Assembly: GCA_025359505.1 (NCBI GenBank)
Contig: JANYHH010000028.1
Location: 32-64,031, forward strand
Length of the DNA stretch: 64,000 bases
Direction: 5' to 3'
Origin: Deinococcales bacterium
GTDB taxonomy: Bacteria; Deinococcota; Deinococci; Deinococcales; JAAFIG01
In this document: positions 40,323-49,726 of the stretch, in pieces
Layout of the letters: each line of letters begins with the position of its first letter
Numbering within the stretch: position 1 is the first letter of the stretch
Program-made: the position numbers and the translations under genes
Notes under the pieces: generated by a model
What the model saw: the letters and a program-made list of their open reading frames with translations, nothing else
Databases searched by the model: none
Told to the model about the DNA's origin: nothing

Positions 40323-42335
40323 TCAGCCCGCCTCGCCGCGAATCACGGCGCGGACGCGGTGCGTTTCGCTGGCTAAAAGTGCGCCCGGCGCGACCTCAAG
40401 GTGGCTGGGGACGGGACGCGGCGGTTGGTTGCTGCCGGGATCGCTGACGCCCACGCGCACCTCTTCGACGTACTCGACGCCTTCGATCCGTTGCAGAATC
40501 GCCACAAGTTCGGGTTGGTGCAGGTCGCGCCCGAACGGGTAGCCCAGTCCGCGTGGGCCACCGTTGTAGGGATTGAGGAATTTGTACAGCGCAGCCTCGG
40601 CTTTGGCTTCTATGGCGACCAATACTTCAGGGTCAGTGCCGACGGGCACGCGCAGCTTGGCTTCGACCGACACGAAGATTAATTGCGGGCCGCGCACCTC
40701 TAAAGACGTGCCGACCAAGATGCGGCTTTTTAAGAGTTCAAAAACCTCAGCCCTCGTCTCGGCGCTGAGCGTCATCGCCTCGAGCGGCACGCGACCTGAT
40801 GTTTTATCGGTGCTGGGCAGCACGATCAGCGCTACAGCGCCGGGCTTCGGGGCATTTGGGACGGGCAGACCAGCGTTGCCCGGTGCGAAGCAGTACGCCC
40901 GTGCCACACCGGGGACTCGAGTCGCCATCGTCTCGTAATCATCAGCGGCGACGGCTCTCGTGCGGGTGCGGAGGTGTTGCGGCGCTCTGAGTTTCGCGTC
41001 GTCCAAATTTTGCGCGTCGCGCCCACCAATCGCTTCGGAGCGATTGATGACCCTCGCCACGAACGGGATGCTGCTTTTCAAAACGCTCAATGCGCCGCGT
41101 GGCACATTGCCGATTACGCCGCCACCGAACTGGTAGCGGGAGAACCGCAGATGAGCGCCTTTCGCGGGAATCGCGCCGAAGGTGTACACGTTGCCGTCCG
41201 GTTGCGGCAGCGTCGGCGCAAGCGTGATCGTCCCCTCAAGCGCGTCCAGTGTGTAGTGCTTGTCGTCGCGCCCGGAATCGGCGAAGTCACTGACCTCGCG
41301 CCACGGCTCACTCGCGCCGCCCGCTTCGACGGTCAGGAAATCGCGCTCTGGATCGCGGGACAACAGCGGCGCGTTCAGCAACTTGAAGCGCTGCCCCGGC
41401 GTGGCTTCGCTCAGGCCCAGCAGCTCGTTCTGCACGGTGATCGCGTGTCGCGCCCCGACCGTGCCACCGCGAGACTCGATCGTGAGTTTCTCCAACTCTG
41501 GCGACACGCGGTAGCCCATCTGGGCTTGCGCCTCGGTTAAACGCACGCGCAGCCAGTACGCCTCGAGATTCTGAAAAGCACGGCTTTGCATCTGCGGCAG
41601 GTGCAGGATCACCTCGCCGCTCTGGTTGAAACCGCCCGTACCGTCGTACTCCAAGTCGCAACCGACCCACTGGGTGGTCACGCCCTGCCAGACCTCCCAG
41701 CGCAGCGGCGGATTGGTCGGGTCGACGCCCGCGCCGCCCGCGACTTCGCAGGTTAAGAGCAGCGCCAAGACGTGAAAACTGTGGTCTTTTTCCAAAGCAA
41801 GGTAGAAGGCATCCCCGGATTGCGGCGGCGTGGTGAACAAAGTCAAGCGCTGGCCCGGCAGCTCCAAACGCTTTAAGTCGTGGCGCAGCCACGGCGCGTC
41901 ACGCGACTGGGCCGCGCCGCGTGTGAACGCGCCGAGCAGCGTCGGCGGGCGGATCGTCAGCAGCTTTTCCGTACTGAAGGTGATCGCTTGACTGGTTTCG
42001 GTACGCACCGTGGCGACCTCTGTGCCTTCAGCGATCAGCAGATCCGTACCTTGGGCTTTGGAGAGGTAAAACGTCATCGGCGCAATCGCCGCTCTGGGCG
42101 GCTCGAGGGTCACGCCCATCAATTCCAGAAACTTGGTGTACATTTTGTCCGGCACTTGATTGACGCGGTACAGCAGCAGATCGGTCATCCACGCGAACAG
42201 TTCGATCAATGCCACGCCCGGATCGGAGACGTTGTGATCCGTCCACTCAGGAGTGAATTGCGGGATCATGCGCTTAGCTTGATCGACGATATCTTGGAAT
42301 TTGCGGTCGTCCAAATTGATGTCTGGCAGTGCCAT
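40323..42335 (-). CDS. Baseplate J-like assembly protein
   Basis: LDDRKFQDIVD, PEWTDHNVSDPGVALIELFAW, RAVAADDYE, GYPFGR. Confidence 0.92.
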   Translation of the reverse strand: MALPDINLDDRKFQDIVDQAKRMIPQFTPEWTDHNVSDPGVALIELFAWMTDLLLYRVNQVPDKMYTKFLELMGVTLEPPRAAIAPMTFYLSKAQGTDLLIAEGTEVATVRTETSQAITFSTEKLLTIRPPTLLGAFTRGAAQSRDAPWLRHDLKRLELPGQRLTLFTTPPQSGDAFYLALEKDHSFHVLALLLTCEVAGGAGVDPTNPPLRWEVWQGVTTQWVGCDLEYDGTGGFNQSGEVILHLPQMQSRAFQNLEAYWLRVRLTEAQAQMGYRVSPELEKLTIESRGGTVGARHAITVQNELLGLSEATPGQRFKLLNAPLLSRDPERDFLTVEAGGASEPWREVSDFADSGRDDKHYTLDALEGTITLAPTLPQPDGNVYTFGAIPAKGAHLRFSRYQFGGGVIGNVPRGALSVLKSSIPFVARVINRSEAIGGRDAQNLDDAKLRAPQHLRTRTRAVAADDYETMATRVPGVARAYCFAPGNAGLPVPNAPKPGAVALIVLPSTDKTSGRVPLEAMTLSAETRAEVFELLKSRILVGTSLEVRGPQLIFVSVEAKLRVPVGTDPEVLVAIEAKAEAALYKFLNPYNGGPRGLGYPFGRDLHQPELVAILQRIEGVEYVEEVRVGVSDPGSNQPPRPVPSHLEVAPGALLASETHRVRAVIRGEAG

Positions 42336-42479
42336 GGTGTCTGTTCCTCGTTTCTGCGTGCGGACTCGAGCGGGAAAAAGTGCGTTCTCGAGCTTTGTTT
42401 TGAGCTTCTGGCTTCACCTCGAGCACTTTGCTCTCTGCGGTCTGCCCTCTGCGGTCTGCCCTCCGCCCTCTGCTTGCCT

Positions 42480-42875
42480 TCACTCCCCCGGAATGCGGTA
42501 GAACGGATAGACCAACGTGCGCTTATCTAACGTCGCTTTGACGCGGTAATCGACGTGGACATCCATGCGCTCGGTGTTGCCTTCGCTCGGACGGGCGGTG
42601 ACGTTCAGCACGGTAATGCGCGGCTCCCAGAAGCGCAGCGCTTCCTCGACGTAGTATTCAGCCATGCCCCACGTGTTGGCGTCGTTCGGCGCGAAGATCA
42701 ATTCGTGAATCTGGCAACCGAATTCTGGACGCATCACGCGCTGACCTTTTGGGGTCAGCAAAATCATCATAATAGCCTGCTCAATATCCGTGACCTGCCG
42801 CGCCAAGCCAATCCGCCCTCTGGCATCGACACCGATTGGGAACGCCCAGCCCACCCCGAGAAAATCGCTGCTCAT
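42480..42875 (-). CDS. GPW/gp25-family baseplate protein
   Basis: FLGVGWAFP, GQRVMRPEFGC, WEPRI, LVYPFY. Confidence 0.93.
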   Translation of the reverse strand: MSSDFLGVGWAFPIGVDARGRIGLARQVTDIEQAIMMILLTPKGQRVMRPEFGCQIHELIFAPNDANTWGMAEYYVEEALRFWEPRITVLNVTARPSEGNTERMDVHVDYRVKATLDKRTLVYPFYRIPGE

Positions 42876-42987
42876 AGGTAGCTCCCAGCCAACACTTTGA
42901 CTTTTTCGAGATCACAGTGACGACAGCTCGAGGCTGTTCTGCTCGAGGCTGTGTAGCGAGGCACATTGAATCTTGAGATCTGCATGT

Positions 42988-43281
42988 TCATCCCCCGATC
43001 AGTACGGTAAAACAGCCCAGCACAATCGACCCGCCGTGCGCGGTCATGTCCCCCATCCGAGCGGCCGGCTTGCCGCCGATCATTACGGTCGCGCTGCCCA
43101 TGACGATCGAGTCTGGCGGGCCAACACACGTCAACATATCCCCCAAGCACGCGGCGGGTAGCCCACCAATCAGCACCGTCGAGCAGCCCGGCGGCAGAAT
43201 CGGCCCGCCCACGTGCGGCACGATCCCCGTCACCATCGGGCAGACGTGCATGTCACCAACTCGAGCGGCTGGTTGACTCAC
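42988..43281 (-). CDS. PAAR-domain spike-tip protein
   Basis: PAARVGD, PAACLGD, PAARMGD; start GTG43281 or ATG43299. Confidence 0.92.
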   Translation of the reverse strand: MSQPAARVGDMHVCPMVTGIVPHVGGPILPPGCSTVLIGGLPAACLGDMLTCVGPPDSIVMGSATVMIGGKPAARMGDMTAHGGSIVLGCFTVLIGG

Positions 43282-43367
43282 TGGTCGAACCTCGGGCATT
43301 GGGTTGTTTTCATGGGTCTCCTCGAGTTGCTTCGCGCTTAGGGCGGTTTGCAAATACGTTGTCGCAC

Positions 43368-43407
43368 TTCTTGACCCTGAAAGCAGCACCTGACGGGCTT
43401 GGGTCGC
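43368..43407 (-). mobile_element. Mini-element copy C (40 bp)
   Basis: Minus strand reads GCGACCCAAGCCCGTCAGGTGCTGCTTTCAGGGTCAAGAA; lies between vgrG and the PAAR gene. Confidence 0.78.
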
Positions 43408-43461
43408 TTCGTGCTCTCACTCCATTGCAAACCGCTGAGTTGTTTCCACTCGGTTTCCTCG

Positions 43462-43494
43462 AAAATGGTTGACATCAACCCCGTCAACCATTTT
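43462..43494 (-). terminator. Hairpin after vgrG (terminator or stabiliser)
   Basis: AAAATGGTTGAC-9nt-GTCAACCATTTT. Confidence 0.6.
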
Positions 43495-43504
43495 GAAATT
43501 TGCC

Positions 43505-45247
43505 CTAGTTGATCTTGACGATTGCGCCTTTGACTTCAGTCATCGCTCCACCCTCGAGCTTCGCGGTCGTGTCGCCTTTCAACGAGAGCGTCAAGCCTTT
43601 GACATCCACGCCGGTTGCGCCTTCGATGTTGACGCTGGCTTGGGCTTTGAGTTTGATGTCGGTCGCGGCTTCCATTTCAATCCCCTGCTCACTCTTGAAC
43701 TTCATCGCGCCTTTGGCGGTGACGGTCACTTTGCCTTCCATCTCAATGGTCAGATCGCCACTGCTCGAGTCGATTTTGATCAGGTTCTTGCCGGTTTTAT
43801 CTAAAATCGTGATGTTTTCACTGCCGCTGGTGTCGTCCAGAATGAAGGTGTGGCCGCTGCGGGACTCAATGATGCGCTGGTCGATGGCTTTGTCGTTTTT
43901 GAGCGGCGGATCGTCTTGGCCGTTCCACAGTCCGCCCAGCACGTAAGGCTGATCCAAATCACTGTGCTCAAAACCAACCAGCACCTCGTCACCGACTTCG
44001 GGGGTGTACATCACGCCGCGCTTCTTACCGCCGCCAATGCTGATGACCCGCGCCCAATCGCTACCGTCATCGCTGGATAGAAACGGGTATTTAAGTTTGA
44101 CGCGGCCCATGTCAAGCGGGTCTTTGTTGTCAGTCACCAACGCCACCGCGACGGTGCTGGGGGCCCGAAACTCGCGGTCTGGGGAGAGGATTGACACGAT
44201 GTTCTGAGGACTGTGGCTCGAGACGGTGAAGCCAGTGGTGTAACCATCACTGGGCGAGAAGCTGTGCGTCGCGCCAGTCACGAAGTACTCTCCGCTGAAG
44301 CGCGTCCCGACACCAGCGATTTTTATTTTGCTGCCCGCCAGTAACTTGGGGTTGCCGCTGGCGCTGCCGTGCGCCTCGATTTTTTGCCCCTCAAAGCGGT
44401 CTGCCACGGCCTGCGCGAGCTTATCGGCTGCGCCTTGCGTTCGCACGACAGGCTCGTTGACCAGATACTTGGCAGTCACGCTGTGGGCTTGACTGGCCAG
44501 ATCACCACCGCTTTGTCCGACGCCCGTCTTCGGCGCGGTCGTGCCTTTGACCGCTTTACCCAGCACCTCTTGTTTGTCCTTGACGTTCCAACCGCGCACC
44601 TGCACTTCCGAAACCTGCGCTGAAGTAGACAGGCGCGGGAAGAAATCGTTCAGTCCCTCGTGCAGCTTTAACTCGAGCGCCGGGTCGTTGCTGGGCGGAG
44701 CGCAGTGAATCGTTTCTCCTTCGGCGTACAGGAAGCGCCCGAGCGCAGCGGCGCGGGTTTGCAGAAACTCTAAATTGCTTTGGTTGGGCTGGAAAATATG
44801 CTCATAGACTTCGCTGCTGGAGGTGACATCGGCTTTCAAACCGATTTCGCGGATGATTTTTTCCATCACGTCGCTGTCGGTCATCTGCACGAAGGTTCTG
44901 ACGTAGCGCCCACGGGTCAGGCGATGCAGGCGGTCAAAAGCCCTGACCGTGACCTTCTGCTCACCGCCCTCGAAGCTCGGCTCGAGTTCGACAATTTCAC
45001 CATCGAAGATCGTGTTTTCGCCGTTTTCGGTTTTGGATTTGATTTTTAAGGTCTTGCCGGGCATCAGTGACGCGTCGTCCGCCCATTTAGCTTCGTTGTC
45101 GGTCAACGTCAGCGTGGCCACGTCGGGCAGGTGCAGGCTCGAGTCGACTTGGATCTGCTGCAAAGCTTGCTGCAATTCTGGTGGCGTTTCCACACCACCG
45201 AGTTCGATGTAGAAATGCGGTTGGTGCTGGCTCGAGCCTTCAGGCAT
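43505..45247 (-). CDS. VgrG-like spike protein
   Basis: gp27-like N-terminal region; DPLDMGRVKLKYP, WARV, PEVGDEVLVGFEH, YVLGGLWNG; C-terminal beta-helix. Confidence 0.93.
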   Translation of the reverse strand: MPEGSSQHQPHFYIELGGVETPPELQQALQQIQVDSSLHLPDVATLTLTDNEAKWADDASLMPGKTLKIKSKTENGENTIFDGEIVELEPSFEGGEQKVTVRAFDRLHRLTRGRYVRTFVQMTDSDVMEKIIREIGLKADVTSSSEVYEHIFQPNQSNLEFLQTRAAALGRFLYAEGETIHCAPPSNDPALELKLHEGLNDFFPRLSTSAQVSEVQVRGWNVKDKQEVLGKAVKGTTAPKTGVGQSGGDLASQAHSVTAKYLVNEPVVRTQGAADKLAQAVADRFEGQKIEAHGSASGNPKLLAGSKIKIAGVGTRFSGEYFVTGATHSFSPSDGYTTGFTVSSHSPQNIVSILSPDREFRAPSTVAVALVTDNKDPLDMGRVKLKYPFLSSDDGSDWARVISIGGGKKRGVMYTPEVGDEVLVGFEHSDLDQPYVLGGLWNGQDDPPLKNDKAIDQRIIESRSGHTFILDDTSGSENITILDKTGKNLIKIDSSSGDLTIEMEGKVTVTAKGAMKFKSEQGIEMEAATDIKLKAQASVNIEGATGVDVKGLTLSLKGDTTAKLEGGAMTEVKGAIVKIN

Positions 45248-45264
45248 GGGCAGTTACCGACTCT

Positions 45265-45942
45265 TTAGGCATTCGGGATCACCAGCACGGTTCCAGCCGA
45301 TAGCCGTCGCACGGCCGCCAAGTTATTCATCTCGGCGATGCTGCGCCACGCGCTCGTTTCACCCAAGGTTTTATACGCGATTAGTCCCAGCGTTTCGCCT
45401 TCTTGCACCGTCCACAGGCGCTCACCGCCGACCCCGCCCGAAGTTGGGTTCTGACTGGCCTGCGCGTCGCTGTCGTCCACCTGCGTAAAGGTCACGTTCA
45501 GCGTCGCCCGCACGGGCGTGCCATCGGCTAAAAAAAGCGTGTATTTGGCGCTGACGCTCTGCACGACGCTCTGGAAAACCACGCGGCGGCTTTCCTTGTT
45601 TTGCCCCCAGATGAACAAGACTTTGGCGGGGCGACCCTTCTTGGATTTTTTGTCTTTCAAAGTATCGTCGACTTTCATCAGATCAAAAATCTTTTTGGTG
45701 TGGACGCTGACATCCTTTTCAGAGGCTTCGTAAGTATCAAAAAACAATTCGACTTTCATCGTCGCGGGTTTACCGCTTTTAAATTCCAACTTGCTGGTGT
45801 TCTTGCCAGCCCCTTGCGGCGCTGTCCATTCGACGGTTTTCTCAATCGTGTATTCCTTGGGGTTGAACAGGCAATCGATCTTGTTGCCGGCCCCTTCACC
45901 CTCAAGGATTTCGATGCGGGCTTTGACGGGCGCTTCACTCAT
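45265..45942 (-). CDS. CIS tube-initiator protein with LysM domain (Afp7-like)
   Basis: FNPKEYT, LFFDT, GTPVRA, NPTSGG, C-terminal LysM (GETLGLIA...WRSIAEMN). Confidence 0.9.
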   Translation of the reverse strand: MSEAPVKARIEILEGEGAGNKIDCLFNPKEYTIEKTVEWTAPQGAGKNTSKLEFKSGKPATMKVELFFDTYEASEKDVSVHTKKIFDLMKVDDTLKDKKSKKGRPAKVLFIWGQNKESRRVVFQSVVQSVSAKYTLFLADGTPVRATLNVTFTQVDDSDAQASQNPTSGGVGGERLWTVQEGETLGLIAYKTLGETSAWRSIAEMNNLAAVRRLSAGTVLVIPNA

Positions 45943-45970
45943 GGTTCAACTCCTCTCACAGTCCACTCTT

Positions 45971-48900
45971 TCACAGTCCACCTCGGCGGCGGTCAGTTTG
46001 CAAGCGGCGCTTCAGCACGTCGTAAACCTGCTTGGCAAGCTGCTCGAGGTCTGGGCCGCCGCCGCCAGCCGCACCGCCCGCTTCGGGTAATTCGCGCCCG
46101 ACTTCAGCCGCTTGTGGACTGGCGCTCGAGGCTGAACTGCCACTGGAGGCGCTGCTCCCTAAACCGCTCGAGGAGACGCTGCCACCGTACCCAGCCGGAT
46201 TGGTGGTCGTCGCATTCGCGCCCCAACCCTGCGGCGATAACCCCGCACCAATCAGCGATACGACACCTGAATCGCTCGCGGAATCGTCGCCTGAGGGCGC
46301 ACCCAGCGCGGGCAGACTCTCCCACGGTGCGGGCAATCCGTTCCAACTGGCGGCGGCACTCAGAACCGTCGGGTCGGCGCTCAGCGGTTCAGCGCCAGCA
46401 ATCTGTACCACTCGAGCCTCAGCCGCCAGAGCGCGTTCTTCTTCGCTGGCGAAGCTGGACACACCTGTGAGCAGTGGGGCGCGGCTTTGCCGCACGGCGT
46501 TGCTGGGCTGCACAATGCTGCTCGGCTCGACCGCGCTCGAGGGTGATGCAGTGCTGCGCGTGTCAGAGCTGCCGACCGCTGGCACGAAGCGGCGCGAGAC
46601 GGACTCGAACGAGCGAGGCGTCTCGAGCGACGGCTGCGCCGAAACTGGTCGCTCAGCGGCTGCGTCCTCAGCCAATGAACCTGAAGCTGGCTCGAGCCTC
46701 GAGTCTGGTGGCCGTGAGCCTGCCGATCGCTGCTGCTGAGCGGCGTGAATCAACTCGTGCGCCAGCAAGCCGAGCTGCGCTGGCGTCTCGAGGTTGCTGG
46801 CATCGGGCAGCAGCACCGCGCCATCTTGGGTGGCGGCCTCAGCGCGAAAATCGCGGGTCACGCGGCTGGCGGTTTCGCCCGTGTAGACGCTGACCTCGTT
46901 GGGGTCAAAGCCGACCAGCGGCTCCAAAAAGCGCCGGGTTGCACCACTCAAGCGCACTGGCTCGAGGATCGGGGTGGCGGCTGATTCATCCGAGCTTGAT
47001 AAGGCATCAGCAATCAGTCGCTCTGGAACAGCCGCTCGAGTCATCCACTCACCCTCGAGCGGCACTGGTTCTAGCGCGGCGAAGTCCTGATTCTTGAGCG
47101 TGAGCGGCTCGAGCGGCGCTGGGCTGGGTTGTGCTGCTGCGGGTTGCGCTCGGGCTGACGCTGCTTGAACTGGCGTGATCGCGCCTAAACTGGGCGCGGT
47201 GCTGCTGACCGTCGTGCGCGGGGCAACGAAGCGCCGCGCTGGACTGAGGGCTGACTCGGGCGGCGCTGACTCGAGCGGCATGGAAGCGATCAGCCCGCTC
47301 GAGGCTATCGTGTTCGAGGCTGTACTACTGGGGACAGTGCTGCTGGGGCTTGACACAGATGACACAACTCGAGCAGTACGGGGGAGCGCTGGCTCGCTCG
47401 GAGCGGGAAGCGGCGTTGGGTCGTTCGGATCGCGGTAGGCTTCGATGCCAATCGCGGTCGCTTCGTCCACTGAAGCGTAGCGCCGGATCAGCGCCATCCC
47501 CCAATCGTGCGGCGTGCGCTGGCTCATGTCCTCTGGAATGGCTAGCAGCGCGGCTTGCGAGCGCTCACGGATGGCTGAAGCGCCCAACGGTTCGCTTTCA
47601 TCAACAGCGATTGCTGGTGGGCTGCTCACTGCTGCCACTCCCTCGAGCGGCGCTGCGGCGAATAGCGCAGATGGCTCGAGGGGTATCGTTGTGGGCGCAC
47701 TCGAGTCGCTGGTTGCAGCTTCAAACGGTGCAATCTCGAGCGGTGCAATCTCGAGCGGTGCAGCCGCAGGTGGTGAGGCTGTGATTGGCGCATCGTCGAA
47801 GGCTTCGTCGCCGGGCTGGGCGAAACGTTGGCGCAGCAACCGCGCCCATTCCTCGCTTGATCGGCGCGGCGTTTCATCAATCGGCGCTTCTGGCGCGACT
47901 TCGGGCTTCAGATCGCGCGGCGGCATGTTGCGCGGTGGTCGCGCTTGGAATTCCTCGATCACGCGCCCTCTGATCGTCGGCTGGATCGGGGTTGTGCTGG
48001 GCGCAAATAGATCGGCAGCGGGCGGCGCGGCAACCTCTAAACTGACGGGCGCAGGCACGTTCGGCGCGACCACCTCGGGCACTGGCGACACTGGCATGAC
48101 CTCGAGTGGCACAGATTCGTTAGCGGTAAGTGCGTTCGCCATGAGCGCGTCGGCAATGGGTTCAGCAACGGTCGGCACATCCCGCGACAGCGCGGGGTCT
48201 AGCGCGGACAATTGCGGCTCGAGCGGCTGATCTGACGCGGCAACAGCGCTTTCCAGCGTTGCCGCAGCCGCCTCGGCCGGTTCTGGCTCGGGCGAGATTT
48301 GAGCGAATGACACGCCTGCCAACGCCGCATCCAACCTCTCCTGCACTGTCCCTTGCGGCGCGGCACTGGCTCGAGGCATGGGCGGGCTGACGGGCTGCTC
48401 AGCCGCCAGCCGCGTTTCAGTCACCGATGACGTTGGCGCATTCGCTGGAACGCTCGGCTCGAGCAAAGCGCTTGGTTGCACCGCAATCGGTTCCGTTTGA
48501 ACGCTGGGCTGCTCAAGGAAAGTTTCGGCAAACGCGGCTTCAACAGGCTGCTCGAGCGGCTGATTGGCAATCACACCATCGTCCGACCCGAGGATAGGTT
48601 CAGTCAAGGCAAGTTGGGCGAGCGTAGCAAATTCTGGGCCCGAGTCAGACGCGACCTCGAGCGGCGGTGTTGAAATCGCAGTCGCGTCCGACAACTCGAG
48701 GTCAGCCACACCCTGCTGCTCGAGGTTCACCGATTCCTGCGACTCGAGGTTCGCTACGGTTTGCGGCTCGAGCGGCACAGTGTTAAGCGGCACAGTGTTA
48801 AGCGGCGCAGCAGCTTCTCGAGCCACGACTGGCACTGCAATCACTCGAGGAGCAGCGTTATCGAGCGCTCGGGGAGCGACACTGCGCGAGGCGTTCATGA

Positions 48901-49036
48901 TTTGCGGAGCTGGCGCGGTCACACCAACGGCTCGCAAAGCGCTCGGCACGCCCTGACGCAACGCCAGTTTATGCGGGTCGTAGACGCTCCTCGCAAAGCG
49001 GCGGCTGGCGTTGAGACGCTCGAGCAGGGCGGTCAT
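45971..49036 (-). CDS. Large Pro/Ala/Ser-rich eCIS core (DUF4157) protein
   Basis: RRFLEPLVG...AEAATQDGAV...GLLAHELIHAAQQ (HExxH) embedded in low-complexity sequence. Confidence 0.82.
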   Translation of the reverse strand: MTALLERLNASRRFARSVYDPHKLALRQGVPSALRAVGVTAPAPQIMNASRSVAPRALDNAAPRVIAVPVVAREAAAPLNTVPLNTVPLEPQTVANLESQESVNLEQQGVADLELSDATAISTPPLEVASDSGPEFATLAQLALTEPILGSDDGVIANQPLEQPVEAAFAETFLEQPSVQTEPIAVQPSALLEPSVPANAPTSSVTETRLAAEQPVSPPMPRASAAPQGTVQERLDAALAGVSFAQISPEPEPAEAAAATLESAVAASDQPLEPQLSALDPALSRDVPTVAEPIADALMANALTANESVPLEVMPVSPVPEVVAPNVPAPVSLEVAAPPAADLFAPSTTPIQPTIRGRVIEEFQARPPRNMPPRDLKPEVAPEAPIDETPRRSSEEWARLLRQRFAQPGDEAFDDAPITASPPAAAPLEIAPLEIAPFEAATSDSSAPTTIPLEPSALFAAAPLEGVAAVSSPPAIAVDESEPLGASAIRERSQAALLAIPEDMSQRTPHDWGMALIRRYASVDEATAIGIEAYRDPNDPTPLPAPSEPALPRTARVVSSVSSPSSTVPSSTASNTIASSGLIASMPLESAPPESALSPARRFVAPRTTVSSTAPSLGAITPVQAASARAQPAAAQPSPAPLEPLTLKNQDFAALEPVPLEGEWMTRAAVPERLIADALSSSDESAATPILEPVRLSGATRRFLEPLVGFDPNEVSVYTGETASRVTRDFRAEAATQDGAVLLPDASNLETPAQLGLLAHELIHAAQQQRSAGSRPPDSRLEPASGSLAEDAAAERPVSAQPSLETPRSFESVSRRFVPAVGSSDTRSTASPSSAVEPSSIVQPSNAVRQSRAPLLTGVSSFASEEERALAAEARVVQIAGAEPLSADPTVLSAAASWNGLPAPWESLPALGAPSGDDSASDSGVVSLIGAGLSPQGWGANATTTNPAGYGGSVSSSGLGSSASSGSSASSASPQAAEVGRELPEAGGAAGGGGPDLEQLAKQVYDVLKRRLQTDRRRGGL

Positions 49037-49104
49037 GACGAACTCCGTTTCAGTTTAATATTTGCGTTGAGGACGATGTTGAGCAGGCGAAATAAAATAA
49101 AATC

Positions 49105-49539
49105 CTATTTTTTAGCGAGCTGCAAACCGCTGTGCGCCAACTCGAGCGACTCGATGGCGGCCGCGTTGCCGCTGGCTTGGTACTGCGGGCCCGTCCATTT
49201 GACGGGGTACGCGCCGTCGTAATTCCAGCGCATCAACTCGTCGCCTTTAGAGTTAAACATCACGATAGAGACGTTCTTGCGCTCAATTTTGCCCAGTGCC
49301 ACATTGCTGATCCAGTCCAAAAAGGCTTTGGAGTTGGTCATGCCACGCTTCAAAGTCAAATTGCCGACTTTCGTGCGGCCGGGCAGTTTATGCACGAAGC
49401 TGTTGACACCGCCCTCGGTGTATTCAAAAACCTCGATCTCGAGCTGCAAACCGCTGGCTTCGGTGAACAGGGCCTGCTCTCCCGTCACGCCTTCAATGGA
49501 GACGTAAAAGCGGCTAGCGGCGTAAGAGTCTTCAGGCAT
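49105..49539 (-). CDS. Phage tail tube protein (gp19-like), copy 2
   Basis: FTEASGL, EGGVN...HKLPG, LTLKRG, YPVKWTGP, IESLELAH. Confidence 0.93.
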   Translation of the reverse strand: MPEDSYAASRFYVSIEGVTGEQALFTEASGLQLEIEVFEYTEGGVNSFVHKLPGRTKVGNLTLKRGMTNSKAFLDWISNVALGKIERKNVSIVMFNSKGDELMRWNYDGAYPVKWTGPQYQASGNAAAIESLELAHSGLQLAKK

Positions 49540-49575
49540 TCTCAGTCACCTCCAGTGAAAATAGCTCGAGCCTTC

Positions 49576-49630
49576 AGCTTCATTTCTTCAGCTTCATTTC
49601 TTTAGCTTCATTTCTTTAGCTTCGATTTCT
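49576..49630. repeat. 14-bp tandem repeat, about 4 copies
   Basis: AGCTTCATTTCTTY units. Confidence 0.85.
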
Positions 49631-49726
49631 AGACTTGGCGCTCTGACCTCTGGCTTTCAAACGCCGCGCTTCCTCGAGCATCAGCTTGTAGACGGCTGCC
49701 GCAAGCTTTTCAACATCAACGCTCAT
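49616..49726 (-). CDS. 36-aa small protein absent from the ORF track
   Basis: MSVDVEKLAAAVYKLMLEEARRLKARGQSAKSRNRS; ATGA overlap with the upstream stop; resembles the C-terminus of the DUF4157 protein. Confidence 0.7.
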   Translation of the reverse strand: MSVDVEKLAAAVYKLMLEEARRLKARGQSAKSRNRS

